Assembly (NCBI GenBank): GCA_964187785.1
Contig: OZ076409.1
Location: 54,500,001 to 54,564,000 of the forward strand
Origin: Amphiscolops sp. MND2022
Lineage: Eukaryota
DNA length: 64,000 nt
Direction of reading: 5' to 3'
The notes under the pieces were generated by a model. It was not told the DNA's origin, ran no database searches, and saw nothing but the letters and a program-made list of their open reading frames with translations. The translations under genes were made by a program, and so were the position numbers. Of the stretch, positions 13,009 to 26,500 are shown piece by piece (positions within the stretch are counted from its first letter, which is position 1; each line of letters begins with the position of its first letter).

Positions 13009-13257
13009 AATATTTATTGGATCACTGATATTCTCTCGAAAATTAGCAAGTTTAAATATTTTTCAACCAAAATTACATGTTTCTAACTTCGGAAACAATG
13101 AATGTTGAGATATGCGACTGGAAAATTAGCCTTTTTGAGCAGCTAAGTCGCATTCTTTCTTCACACCACTGTATAAATGACGGAACTGGACACCCAGAAC
13201 TGCGCACTATTTCGAAACATAACAACTCCGTACATTTCATATACTATGCAAACTAAC

Positions 13258-13511
13258 CACATTTAAAGCAATGACCATATCCTCCAAAGTAGCGGCCAGG
13301 AAGGCCGTTTGAGTAATCATGTCCGCTGCTTGAGCTGGTACCAGCACTTGAGTTGTCGAAACCGCTGTGAGCAGAAATGTCAATCGGGCCAATTCTACCC
13401 CCGAAGGAAGAGGCGACACTACTAGAAGAGACCAATCCAGAAGTTCCGGCACCGCCGGATGACTCATTCCCAGCCAACCCCGAGTTTCTGTGGCGACTAG
13501 TAAGGCTTGAC
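13258..13511 (-). CDS. RNF8: RNF8-like exon: Ser/Gly-rich tail ending GRYFGGYGHCFKC
   Basis: Acceptor gtccttttcAG, donor G|GTTAGT; 254 nt, phase 2 in and phase 1 out, matching both neighbours. Confidence 0.8.
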
Positions 13512-15126
13512 CTGAAAAGGACATTCTGGTTGAGACCTTCATTTAAACTATGAATGAGTATACAGATGGAACATGTGTACAATAAACCGTAAGAACATAC
13601 ATGTACACATTGATTTACAGAAAATATATAAAATGGAATTATTGGGATGCCATTCAAGGTAGAACTAGATTTCTCCGACTTGAAATGCCACGTCAAGGTA
13701 TAATTACTACGTTATAACTAGCTTAATATATAAGTAGCTAAAATAAAAAAACGTTAGCTAACAATAAATACGAAAAGACAATACTGAAATCTTAAATATA
13801 ATTATAAGAGGGAATATTTATAACAATATCCTCTAAAGTCGAGAAAAAAATATGTATAATAGTATAACACTTACGCTGACGTTCGAATCAAATAGTCAGT
13901 GAAACTTTCACTACCATTTGGCTTTGAAAAATCCAAAACCTGGTGTGAAACTAACCTTTAGTTGATCCCTCCCAAACGCCTTCCCTTTGAAACAAACCAG
14001 AACATTACCGGGTTCAAGTAACAACTCACCAACTAATTTCGCACTCTCGCAACTCATCTAATTCCTGAACCAAAACTCGGAAAACGAAACCCCGTGATAA
14101 CAAAACGTTTGTAATTGTCAATGCAGGAGCCAGGGTTCTGAATTGCTAATTTTAACCGCGGATTCTGATTTTCGAAATAGCTAATCTTTTAGAAAATTAC
14201 TTATTTCCCTCAATTGCTTTACAATCACAGGGTGGGAAAGTTATTTTCTCAGTGAAAGGCAAAAGCTGACTGCCCAAAATTACGATTTTGTTCGTGGATA
14301 GAATTTCGTATAGACTTTTCAATGGTTTCAGGGAACTCACGCCAAAAACTACTGCCTTTCACAAGTTCTCTCCATATATGCACTTCACAGTTTTCTCGAA
14401 ATAACTTCTCAGGAGCGATTGTTCTGAGCACTTTTGGAAATCGCCTTATAAAATAGTTAAAGTTAAACCAAATTGCTAATATAATCTTCTTGCTTATTTA
14501 CCTAATTAGCGTAGTCACAACCCTAGTAGGTTATCTAGTAGTAGTTCTCTACGGAACTGGAGTAGAGATAAACCAAATTAGGCCTAACTACAGTACTGGA
14601 AAAAATGTAGATATCGTTATTTGTGAAAAAAATTTCTTCCTTTTTCCAGAATATCAAAACAGCCGAGGGTCAACACAATGAATCTAATCATGTTTTGTAG
14701 ATTATACCTTGTAGAATTGTTAGTTTCAAATTAGAATACAAAACAGAACATCTCTGTGCAATTGCAGAATATGGTTCTAAAATCCTCAGTTTGACAAGGA
14801 ATATTAATTTTTACGTCATTACACGAAATTTTTTCTTACTGAAAAAACCCCATAGTGCCGAAAAACCCAGGAGATCCTTCAAGTTCGCAAAACGCATTTT
14901 TCGAGCAGAAAATTTTTCAAGAAGTGAAGAAGGTACCCTTTGACCAAATAAATATTGAGACTCGGAAAACGGTTTTCTTCAACAGACAACCAACCTCAAA
15001 AATTGCGAGAAAACTTTTTTTTCGAAAAGTCGCATAGTGCCGAAAAACCTTCAGGGCCCCTCTATACTCGCAAAATGCTTTATTTGTGCTAAAAACAGGT
15101 GGCTCATCAGTACGTCGCATAGTACC

Positions 15127-16200
15127 AACAAGCCGGGAACGGCCCAAGTCGGCGCCATATCTAAGGCTCAAAATAGCAAAAGGACTTCAATGTGTAAAGT
15201 ATTCCCTTCTACAGTACCCGCATGAGGAAATGAATTTTTTTCGATTTTTTTTGGTCTCCGGTAAGTCGCATAGTGCCGAAAAATGTAAAAGGGGGCCTTT
15301 GGGAGTTTTTGAACATCCATTCTTTTGCAAAATAGGAAAAAATGAAGGGGGACCCTTTGGAGACATTTAAAAAATTTGCGAAAAAAAGTCTCACCTAGCC
15401 GAAAAAACCTGCACAAAAAGTTTTTGGTGATGGGCGGGACTCAAATCGACATCCTTCTGCTTGTCAGACATCAAAAACTATCCTAATTAACCTCTATGCT
15501 AAGTGGCAGTAGAAGTTACAATTGTGGCAGTTAGTGGATCATGAAAATTGTAAAAAGTGGACTATTCAGAGTGAGATTGTCAGCTGAAAAAAAAACTACC
15601 CACTGTAATAGTCGGGCTTTTTTCCTTAAGGGAAAAGGCGCCGACTAAAAAAGAGCTCTCTGCAAGCATAAACAAGCCGGAAACGGCCCAAGTCGGCGCT
15701 CAAGGTTCAAAAAAGTAAAGTTTCTTACATATGGAAAAGTACACTTTTGTTGAAATTTCATCAATTTTACAATGCCAAAAACAAAACCTCTCAAAAACTA
15801 AAAATTGAGAAAATTTTCCGAAATTTTTTTGAAGTCTCCGGTAAGTCATATAGTGCCGAAAAATGTAAAAAGGGGACACTTTGGGATTTTTTGAACATCC
15901 ATTCTGTTGCAAAATATAAAATATTGAAGGGGGAACCTTTTGGAGACAAAAAGTCTCAAAGCCGAAATAACATGCAAAAATAAATTTTGGTCAAGGGCGA
16001 CACTCGGACCTGCGTCCTTCTGCTTCGCAGACCTCAAAAAATCCTGATTAACCTCTATACCAAGTGGCAGTAGAAGTTACAAGTTTAGTGTGGCAGTTAG
16101 TGGAAGTAACAACTTATAAAGCTTATAAAATCTGTCACTTCGTTGGTCTTAAAAAAGCCAGTGCTATAGTCTGCGTTTTCTACGGAAAGCGTCGACTAAA
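15127..16200 (-). mobile_element. Two adjacent HINE family B variants (15127-15652, 15671-16200)
   Basis: Each begins aacaagccgg...agtcggcgc and ends in a tagtc...cgactaaa hairpin. Confidence 0.7.
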
Positions 16201-16205
16201 ACATT

Positions 16206-16294
16206 GGACCAGTACGGGACTCGAACACACGTCCTCCTGCTTCTCAGGCCGTCACCGGTCTGAAAATATGCGTTAAGCGCTAGACCAAACAGCC
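16206..16294 (-). other. tRNA-derived (SINE-head-like) relic
   Basis: Minus strand GGCTGTTTGGTCTAGCGC (A-box-like) ... GTTCGAGTCCC (B-box). No intact cloverleaf. Confidence 0.35.
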
Positions 16295-16986
16295 ATATAA
16301 AATTTATGAAATTTAATGAAAATGGACGATAATGAAATGAATTCGTATAGAGTGCCACTCTATATCAACTGAATTCAGTGAATTTTCTGATATTGTGATC
16401 TCTGATTTCATTCTTATACCATCCTTATACACATTCGAATGAACTTAGTTGATATTCTTCCGCCCACATGGGAAAGAAAAATTACTAACTCAGTCGCGTT
16501 TTTTCCCAAATTTGTCATGTTCAAAATTCATACCCAAATTGGAGGTGTTGACCCATCGAATTCAACTGACATGAACTTAGTTTCGTGCGATGTGCATTTC
16601 AATTTTAACCATTCAAAATTAGTTTTGAATTATTTCAATTGTTTTGAATGGTTTGAATTTTAGACCAGATTAATGCAGCGGCCCATTCCATATTTAGTTT
16701 TATATCTTGTAAACCCAAACAAGACGGGAACATCAAAAAGTCGGCACCTTGCTTAAAAAGCGCAACAGTTCGGAAAATAAGCAAGAGGGAGCGTGTCGGC
16801 TGAAGGTTTCTGGATGTCAAATCAATAGCTTTTTTTTTCTCGCATGCGACAGCTACCGGAAACTCTATTACAATTTCCTTAAATATCTTCATTCAAAATA
16901 TGAAGTCTTAACAGCCAATAGGAGTGTTGCGTGTTTTTAAAGAAGTAAGACGGTGTAAATCTTTTGAACCGAAAAAGAAACCATAA

Positions 16987-18267
16987 TTTTTAGTCGGCGT
17001 TTCATGAAGTGAAACGCGACTATTATAGTGACTCTTTTTAGTCGGCGCTTCATGAAGTGAAACGCGACTATTATAGTGACTCTTTTTTTTCTATCCACAC
17101 GAACTGACCAAAATAGTTCTTAAAAGTTCTACAAAATATTATTGCACTAAATTGCACTATTTAGTCTAGCGAACTGAACCAAAAAGGTTTTTCCTGTTTT
17201 TCCGCGCAACATACCGTACCGGGCGAGACCAAAGGCAACTTTCAATTTTTTTCGGCACTGCGAGACTTTTTTTCGAAAAAAAAATTTTTCCCAAAGGGTC
17301 CCCCTGCATTTTTTTTGATGTTTTGCGACAGAATGGATGTTAAAAAATCCCAAAGGGTCCCCCCTTTCAATTTTTTTTCGGCATTGAGATTTTTTCCCGA
17401 AAATGAAAATTTTTGTTTTCTTCAATTTTTTCATGTTTTGCGACAGAATGGATGTTGAAAAACCTCAAAGGGTCCCCCCTTTCAGTTTTTCGGCATTGTG
17501 AGACTTTTGCGCGCCACTCGGTCCATTTTTTTTAGTATGTAATTTTTTCGAAAATTTTTTTTCGAAAAACTTTCGATTTTCGAGTACTGTAAAAGAATAC
17601 TTGACACTTGGAAGTCTTTTTGCTATTTTTGAGCCTTGGATATGGCGCCGACTTGGGCCGGTCCCGGCTTGTTTTTCTATCCACACGAACTGACCAAAAT
17701 AGTTCTACAAAAGTTCTACAAAATATTATTGCACCAAATTGCACTATTTGGTCTAGCGAACTGAACCAAAAAGATTTTTCCTGTTTTTCCGCGTAACATA
17801 CCATACCGGGCGAGACCAAAGGCTCCCCTCTTTCATTTTTTTCGGCACTGCGAGACTTTTTTTCCGAAAAAAAAATTTTTCCCCAAAGGGTCCCCCTGCA
17901 TTTTTTCATGTTTTGCGACAGAATGGATGTTGAAAAATCCCAAAGGGTCCCCCTCTCAGTTTTTTTTCGGCATTGTGAGATTTTTTCCCGAAAATGAAAA
18001 TTTTTGTTTTCTTCAATTTTTTCATGTTTTGCGACAGAATGGATTTTGAAAAACCTCAAAGGGTCCCCCCTTTCAGTTTTTCGGCATTGTGAGACTTTAG
18101 CGCGCCACTCGGTCCATTTTTTTTGAGTATGTAATTTTTTCGAAAATTTTTTTTTTCAAAAAACTTTCGATTTTCGAGTACTGTAAAAGAATACTTGACA
18201 CTTGGAAGTCTTTTTGCTATTTTTGAGCCTTGGATATGGCGCCGACTTGGGCCGGTCCCGGCTTGTT
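16987..18267 (+). mobile_element. HINE family B copy with a second family B copy (~17037-17673) inserted in its T-run
   Basis: Two successive 5' hairpin ends (16987, ~17037) and two 3' ends cccggcttgtt (17673, 18267). After 17673 the sequence resumes tttctatccacac, the continuation of the first 5' end. Confidence 0.8.
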
Positions 18268-18425
18268 AACACCAATGAAGGTTATGTGAATTTCCACAAA
18301 TGCCATTTTTTTAGGAAACTTGAAGCTGCCAGTGAAGCGGTTTTTGAAAGTAAGCGTTTGACATTAAAGAAATTTGACATTTCTCTCAACATTGGCGAAA
18401 AGAATTGTTCCTTGTCACATTCTAC

Positions 18426-18549
18426 GGTTCTAGGACATTACGACCAAAGCGGACATTACGCCCAATAGTTTGAAAGATTGTTGTATGCATAATTATTGGG
18501 CGTAATTTCCGCTTTGGGTGAAATGTCCTTGGGCGCATGTCCGGACACC
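18426..18549. mobile_element. 124-bp MITE with 9-bp TSD
   Basis: acattctac at 18417-18425 and 18550-18558; arms ggacattacgcccaata / tattgggcgtaatttcc are inverted. Confidence 0.75.
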
Positions 18550-20740
18550 ACATTCTACATGTACTGAAAATCTGAATTCTTGGACTACTTCTGCCTCATT
18601 CCGAAGTTGAAGCACTCAAACCTTTCATTGATTTGGAACAACGAAACAAAACTGAAAAATGGTGCGTTGCTGTTCACAAAGATGAAATTATTTGTTATAT
18701 TTTCGTTTCATACCGTATTCATATATACGGTATACAGTAGCCTGCGACTAATTAGACTCTTTTAATTAACCAGTAGCCTGCAACTAATTAGACTCTTTTA
18801 ATTAACTCTTTTAAACTTCTGTTCATGTTGACTTTTTAAACAGGCGGCTCATTTGTATAGATTTGGTTGCATAAGTGGATTTACACTGGATTTGGTTCTT
18901 TTCCGTCAAAATTTTGTCATCTTATGAAAATATGAAAATAAAAACTCTATCATCTTTCCAATAAGTTCCTTTCGATGCAATATTTCCCAAAAAACACGCC
19001 TGGTATTGTATCTTGCTCTGAAAAAAAAATAACTCGGACTAAAAAATAAGTTCTGCAACGATTTGCTGAGATGACCTTTTGCTTCTAATTACTTTTCAGA
19101 AAAATTTCGTGATTAAATATTCGTTGGCAAATTATTGCCTGAGATGACCTTTTGCTTCTAATTACTTTTCAGAAAAATTTCGTGATTAAATATTCCTCGG
19201 AACTATCTTTATTCTTGACATTTGCAACAGACCTGCAATCCCCGTGAAACTCCATGAAAGTCTCCGTATCTTGAATGAACAAGGAAGTTTCACTTGGATG
19301 AAGGAGAATACGTGAGAAAGGCCTTTTGAAATCACTCCTCTGGTGAAGTGAGAATCAATTGGTCAATAGTATTTCAATACCCAATTGGTGTCTGTAGTAG
19401 TATATACCTCTCACTAACTGCTCAAACAAACAAATCAAGAGTGTCGACCTACCAACAGACAAAATGTTAAGACTACCCTGAAAACAAGCCAGTCGCAAGG
19501 ATTCAACATTTATTCAAGCTCAAGTAGATATTGTAGTCCGAAAACATCCGTGAACCTGAATTATGATCGAAACTGTCCTTTTCCAGGAAAGGAGGCAAAA
19601 TCTTGTTGCAATGGTTGACTTCATGGAACGTTGACCCTCTAAAGTCCATGGTTTGTTTGATGTTCCAACTAGCTTTAAAAGAAATGCGACCGGTTAGTTT
19701 TAGTTCTGAAGGGTTAGCGAAATCAAACAGTTCAATCGTAATTTCCATTCATTGTCTTTCAGTGAACAATTTGATTGGAAGTTTGGATGCTTGGGCGGCA
19801 CTGGGTTTGACATCTTTTTGAAACAAAATGGGAAATTTCTCATACGGAATGGTGCGTTGATTCTTTGTAGTTCTTCATTCATGACGAAACTTTCGAAATA
19901 AAAATTTGAATTCTACAATTGTTTTTTTTTCACTTTATATCAATATTGTTTCGCAAAGGTACAATATTGGTTCTCAATGGTACGTAATCCGTGCTGACTT
20001 GTTTTACTTCGTTTTCATAGGAATATTTGAAATACATCACAAAAACATTGCATGGAACGTTGACCCTCTAAAGTCCATGTTCGCCAGACATTTTTCCTCA
20101 AGGCCTTTTGGATGAATATTGAAGACTTGCCAGCTTTGTAAAATCTCCTTTTTCTGATTTTTTAAATCCTAAAGCATTTTTCCTAGGAAGTTGTTTTCAT
20201 CATAAAAGTTTCATTTCTTCCGCGACACTAACCATCAACAACTTATGGTACAAAATATATGGTACAACTTTAGACAGTAGGCAAATAGTTCTTCAAAACG
20301 GATGCCAAATTGGTCTACTACTTCCGCAAATTTCCATGGCCATCCCTCCGCTACCAGTGCTTTTTCTATTTTTTATAATCCAACAATGAATATTTCAATG
20401 GCAACGTGGTTTTGACATAAGTTAGATTCCATTAACGACTCCTGTACAAGCCTTTTCAGTTTATGACAATAGTTCGGCTCCATGTGGAAAACCAATTTCA
20501 CAAATTCTCTTGATCGTTTTTCACACTTCTGATGAAAGATCTTTTTGCCACTAGTTATGAAAAATTTCACACAAATTGGTGACTTACGAATTTAATGGAT
20601 CCTATTGATTTTTTTTGTAGAAGTGGTTGGCAAATATTCAATTTTTCATTGCAATGCTAATGTCAAAAAAATTCTTGGTTATAATTAGCTAATTCTAAAC
20701 AAATAGACCCATGAAAATGTTACAATTGTGTTGTAATTAC

Positions 20741-21311
20741 AACAAGCTGGGACCGGCCCAAGTCGGCGCCATATCCAAGGCTCAAAAATAGCAAAAAGAC
20801 TTCCAAGTGTCAAGTATTCTTTTACAGAAGTCCAAAATCGAAAATTTTTCGAATTTTTTTTTTGAAAAAATTACATACTAAAAAAATTGGACCAAGTGGC
20901 ACGCCGGGGCTCGCTAGCGCAAGCCCCTGGCGCGCTAACGTCTCACAATGCCGAAAAAAACTGAAAGGAGGAACCCTTTGGGATTTTCCAACATCCATTC
21001 TGTCGCAAAACATCAAAAAAATGCAGGGGGACCCTTTGAGGAAAAAAAATTTGGAAAAAAATTCCGAAAAAAAATGTCTCGCAGTGCCGAAAAAAATTGA
21101 AAGGGGGGACTCTTTGGTCTCTCCCGGTATGGTATGTTACGCGGAAAAACAGGTAAAACCATTTTGTTCCAGTTCGCTAGGCCAAATGGTGCAATTTGAC
21201 ACCATAATATTTTGTAGAACTTTTAAGAGCTATTTTGGTCAGTTCGTGTGGATAGAAAAAAAAGAGTCACTATAATAGTCGCGTTTCACTTCATGAAGCG
21301 CCGACTAAAAA
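20741..21311 (-). mobile_element. HINE family B copy
   Basis: Same termini and body as 8355-8892. Confidence 0.75.
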
Positions 21312-24300
21312 TCATCTGAAACAAACTGCAGTAGAAATTGCAAGACATCACATTCATTTAAAGCGAAGTAAAACTATTCTTTTGATGGGTTTCGCTTAAT
21401 TCAGGAATTTCATTCTGGAAAGCATTAAATGGATCCATTATATTATTCATCACTGGGTGAAGGGAATATCTTTTGAGAAACTGTCTAGAGGTTTCAGAAG
21501 AGGAACATAATACTTCGAGCTGTGTAAAATTTCACTTGGCGAACTCATCTTATTCAATACAATCCAAGAATCCTCTTGCATAAGAAAATTGGAGGGCATC
21601 GAAATCACATGTTCATAGTTTGTCACTGCTTTAATTAACACTTTTGATCCACCGCGGACCGATGATCTCAACATCGACTCATTGAATGTAGTTGGTTTTA
21701 CAACACTAGGGTCTATTTGATTCTCTATACATTTTTCCAGACAAGTTCTAAAGTTTTTCTATATTTTTAGACGCCGAAACTCAAATCTCAGCCATTGTGA
21801 TTCTCTAATTCTCCACAAATAAGACGAGACCAAAGACCCTCCTTTATACTCATTCATTAGAACTCCGAGTTTTTTTTCGATAAAAATTCAACGTATCTGG
21901 AGTCACTCTGACAATGTTTTCTTGTTATATAACAAAACATCGGGTCGATAATTTCAAAAGATTCTTCCAAGATTCTGTCAACACTGAACTTTTATCGAAA
22001 AGCAGCAGAAATATGATAGAATATTCCGCTGAAAATGTGAATTGTGTACAGTCATATGGGTTTCTCATTGATGGGTACAGAAATGCAGAAGTCTTGAAAC
22101 TGTATTACAGAGCATCTGAAAGTGTTGAACTTGGGTTATATAACATGGAACTGAAGAGCCCGAGTCAACGGTGACGAAATCATGCCATGAAACATCGTAT
22201 TCCCTGGTATTGGAAGGGCATTTTACAGGCTTAGACCTTTGCGAACACTTGTTTTCCGAGATACAACTGGCTGACATCTTCACATACTAGCTGTTTCTCG
22301 GACTGATAGAATAACTAGCTCCATGTGAAATAGGGCGATGACTCCAAGCTTTGCACGCTACGATTTGAGACAAAGAATAATACGCCAAAAAACATCCCAC
22401 TTTGGGGAAATCTATTACAAAATATGGAGAATGGAACTTATTACCTTCTCATGGTATGGTATATTATCTCGTAAAATGGTGAATAACCCGGATTTCGCCA
22501 ATTGTTGGGCCTGCAGCAATTAAGTTTCAGATCAACGATGTATGGGATTCACGTCAAAGAAGGAAAAGTCATGGATTCTTCAGTATTCAAACTTCAGCTG
22601 GCGATTCAGGCATAGCACAAGTGAGCCCAAAGATTAAGGCATCATTAGGAGATAACCAACACCTGACGCTCTTATACAAGTTTCCTCGTGAAATTACTGA
22701 TATGCATTCTTTTCAAGCATGTTTCACACACCTATTCCAGCATGACGTTTGGTAATCGGTACTCAATTTCATTGATACTAGTTTTCATGCTCATTACGAA
22801 AATATAAAAGTCGATTTGTAAATTGGTAACTGTTTTTTGTGAATTTTCCGTCAAGCTTCATTTTTCAATACTATAAAACTGAATGACTGTATAAAAATGA
22901 ATGTGTAGAAGCAATAAAATATTTGAATTTCAATACACCCAGATTAGGGAAATTTTGATTTCATACCTTGAATTATAAATTTGAGTGAAGATCTTCTAAT
23001 ACATTTGCCGCAAATATTGCAAATAAATTCATGAGAAGGAAAAAGATAGCAAAACTCCACTAAAATAATTGCTCGCGCCTTTCTATTCGCAATACAGAGT
23101 GTTCAAACGGAAACTTGTCTTCTCGCTTCATCTATTCAATGCTTTCTGTAGTTGCTCAACCTTTCAATTTTGATGATCAGCATGAAAAAAATGTTCAAAT
23201 GCAAGAAGCTGTTCATAATGGTTCCAGATAAAATTTCAAGCTCTATCGATGATTCATACAGACGATTCGATTCTGATGAAGCACCAAGTAAACCCGTATC
23301 TATCAACCTTTCTGAACATTCGATTGTCAACATACCATTTGCTCAAGTTGAGTCAGCGAGAAATCCGTTTGAAACAAAGATTGAGAACAGCGTTAGCTCT
23401 GGTTTGAGCGGCATGTAACGCAAACGGTGCTTAAAACATGAAGAGGCATCAAAACCCTGGTTATCTCAAAGAGATTACGAGTACAGCTGTTACAGTGAGC
23501 CAAGCCCAAATTTGACAGAAAGCGATGATGAAGCGTTTTCTGTATGTTCTTCGCCCCAAGGGCAAGGCACTGCATGTACTCGTTAGATTGGTTGTTTTAT
23601 TGGGTATTTAGGTGGGTTTTAAATTGCCATTGTTTGAGAACATTCGAATCCACTCTTGGGTTCGGGTAAGCACGCCGTATGGGGTACACTTCAGGCTTCG
23701 ATCAAGCGCTCGGGTTCACTCCATAGACATTCGTTTGGCCTCAGAGACATCAGGGCAAACAGGCAGCACCAATAGGCATACTTTGCACTGTGGGCGCGAA
23801 AAGCGAACGACAAGCAAAGTTTAAGCAGCATTCAAACGAAACATGGGCGACGTTCGCTCCTCGGAAGAGAAAAGCCAGAGTCATTTCTCATTTAACGCCG
23901 CCAACTAACTCAATTTTCAAATGAGCGTGAACTGAAATAATGAAAAATCAAATAATTTGGAAAACAACACACTTCATTTTTGAAAGAAAAAAATGTGGCA
24001 TAGGCCACTTTTGAACATGGTCTGAACATGATAGATCATGTCTGAACATGAACTTTCGATAAGAAAATACCACACCTTCATGCGAGTCGGCGAGTCATCA
24101 AACGCATCTGCATCGTCCGTGCTAGTCGATTGAAATTACCTTAAATTAGTCCAATACACAAAACAACAAACGACCAAATGAAACCTTGAAGATGCATTAT
24201 AGGAATTCAAATATTTAGTATAAAAAATCAATACTAAACCTGTAAGTATGAATAGTTTTTGGAACTAATAACTGGAAGCCTGAAAGAATGAAAATATATT

Positions 24301-24877
24301 TGGACCAAACCAAAGCCATACATTTGAGAAACCAGTGAAGAAGCAATGAGTCAGGAATGAATCAGCTATTGATCATTAAAGAAGACGTTCGATGATTCCA
24401 ATTGCAATTCCACCAATTTTTTCTCCAAGCATATTTATCAAAGTGCCTTAGGTTTCGAGATGCGTAACTTCACTTAAAACTAGTTTGAGGGTAAAATTGC
24501 TGCAAGTTGTTTTCCAAAAGGACAACGTTTAAAACCAGGGACTTGAATTTCAATTTTTGGTACACAATTCAGAGTACTTCAAACAACAATCTCCAATTTT
24601 GGTCACATTTTTCAGTGATATTTCAGTGAGCCGATTAAAAATTTCATGAAAAAGTTGACACACAATCGCAAACTAACACACGAAAAACTTTTGTATTAAA
24701 ATTCAGCAATAAATTGTCTTTTTCAAAAAACATCCGAAGTTCTGAGATGATGAAAAACGGGTTTAAACTCAAAGCTTTCAGACAATTAAAACTGATGATA
24801 GCTGAGTGCTATGAAAAAACAGAGCGAACACTCAACACTTGGAGGACATTTAGTAATGACAGGAAAAAGAAACAAAC

Positions 24878-25331
24878 CTGTAAGGTCGGTAAGCATGATG
24901 GTTTAAGCTGGCACCTCCACCGCCAGTAGATCGGTGGCTGGCTCCTTGACTACTTCCGTAGCTGCGGTTATGAGCATGACTACCATACCTGCTGGCACTT
25001 GAACTGGTGGCCCCACCGGACTGATTGCGGCTGACCACACCCCTAGAGCTAGCAGCGGTTCCACTTGCCGACATGCTAGAATAGCGGGAGGATGAGCCAG
25101 CAGTCCCTCGGTGGTTGGAGGCACCAAAGGGTCCTCCTGCTCCGGTATTACCACTAGTATTAACTCTATTACTTTGATTTATACGACTATGAACACTACT
25201 ATTTCCGTTGCTATTGCTAGTCACAGATGTCGAAGTATTGTTGTCGCCGAAAGTGATAGATGACGGAATGGTTGCTACTCCGGACTCCTCCCGATCAAGT
25301 TTCTCTTTCAGCATTTGCATCTCCTCCAATT
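24878..25331 (-). CDS. RNF8: RNF8-like exon: post-RING helix and Ser/Gly/Asn-rich tail
   Basis: Acceptor ttttgacAG, donor AG|GTTTGT; 454 nt, phase 1 in and phase 2 out; ELEEMQMLKEKLDREES...HHAYRPYR. Confidence 0.85.
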
Positions 25332-25440
25332 CTGTCAAAATTCAACAGTCATACAGAGCTTACGACAGATTTTGCAAAGTGCTTTATATGTCACCAAACT
25401 TAGCCAAACTCCTCCAATACATACTGGTGAAAGTGTTTAC

Positions 25441-25914
25441 AAACAAGCCGGGACCGGCCCAAGTCGGAGCCATATCCAAGCCTCAAAAATAGCAAAAGGA
25501 CTTCCAAGTGTCAATTTACAGTACCCTTTGGACCTTTTGGAGAAAAAATAAATTTTCGAAAAGTCTCACAATGCCGAAAAACTGAAAGGGGGGACCCTTT
25601 GGGATTTTTAAACACCCAATCTGTTGTAAAATATCAAAGAAATTGAAGGGGGGACCCTTTGGGAAAATTTTTTTTCCGAAAAAAGTCTCGCAGTGCCGAA
25701 AAAATTGAAAGGGGGGACCCTTTGGTCTCGCCCGGTATGGTATGTTACGCAGGAAAACAGGAAAAACCTTTTTGGTTCAGTTCGCTAGACCAAATAGTGC
25801 AATTTGGTGCAATAATATTTTGTAGAACTTTTAACTATTTTGGTCAGTTCGTGTGGATTGAAAAAAAAGCCACTATAATAGTCGCGTTTCACTTCATGAA
25901 GCGCCGACTAAAAA
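25441..25914 (-). mobile_element. HINE family B copy (fills about half of a 955-nt RNF8 intron)
   Basis: Same termini as 8355-8892. Confidence 0.75.
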
Positions 25915-26286
25915 CAACTATGAACTACGACAGGAACGTCCCAAGTCAGCACCCTGCTTAAGGCCCAAAAGTTTTAAAATATATACAAGCTCAAAATAGG
26001 TTTCTTATTGGAAAACATCAAAAAAGGAAGAACCCTTAGGTTTCATATAGTTTTGTAGGTCACGTAAATATGAAATACACAATGGGGGTCCTTTGACCTC
26101 TTTGGGTACGCTTCAGATCTTAGGCGTAAAATCTGTAAAAGAGTGAGCTCTGTGGTCTGGAGAAAAACTCGTCACTGAAATAGTTGATTTTTTTCTTACA
26201 ATATGTACAGACTACCAATGAAGTGCTAAATAGTTCGATCGTAATTATGTACACCAACCAACGTACGCTGACTTGTTGAGTCTTAC

Positions 26287-26500
26287 CTCTTCGTTGCTGC
26301 ACAATTTCGTTGCGCACATCAAGGAGTTCCTGGTCTAGTTTCTCCACGATTTTGCTTATGTACTGATCCAGGACAATGCTGCGCACCTCGGTCTTGATCA
26401 CCTTCCTGCAGATGGGACACTGGGTCTGATTGAAGCACTTGCTCTTCCAGCTGTTGATGCAGAACTCACAGAACGAATGCGAGCAGCCCAAAGTCACAGC
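26287..26500 (-). CDS. RNF8: RNF8-like exon: second part of the C3HC4 RING
   Basis: AVTLGCSHSFCEFCINSWKSKCFNQTQCPICRKVIKTEVRSIVLDQYISKIVEKL, cf. RNF8 AVTLNCAHSFCSYCINEW...CPICRK...SLVLDNCI. Sites ttccAG and G|GTAAGA. Confidence 0.93.

Larger units (their letters stand above)
11817..13171. mobile_element. Non-autonomous Tc1/mariner-type element with TA target duplication, containing nested insertions
   Basis: TA|cagtggtgtgaagaaagaatgcagcttagttgctc ... gagcagctaagtcgcattctttcttcacaccactg|TA; ~35-bp imperfect TIRs. Confidence 0.85.

Noticed and set aside
13875..13939. Minus-strand cassette exon with a strong GTAAGT donor
   Set aside because: It is 65 nt and has a stop in the RNF8 frame; no support without transcripts, though a poison exon cannot be excluded.
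18736..19200. Small tandem duplications (~36 bp and ~72 bp)
   Set aside because: Ordinary local slippage with no further structure.
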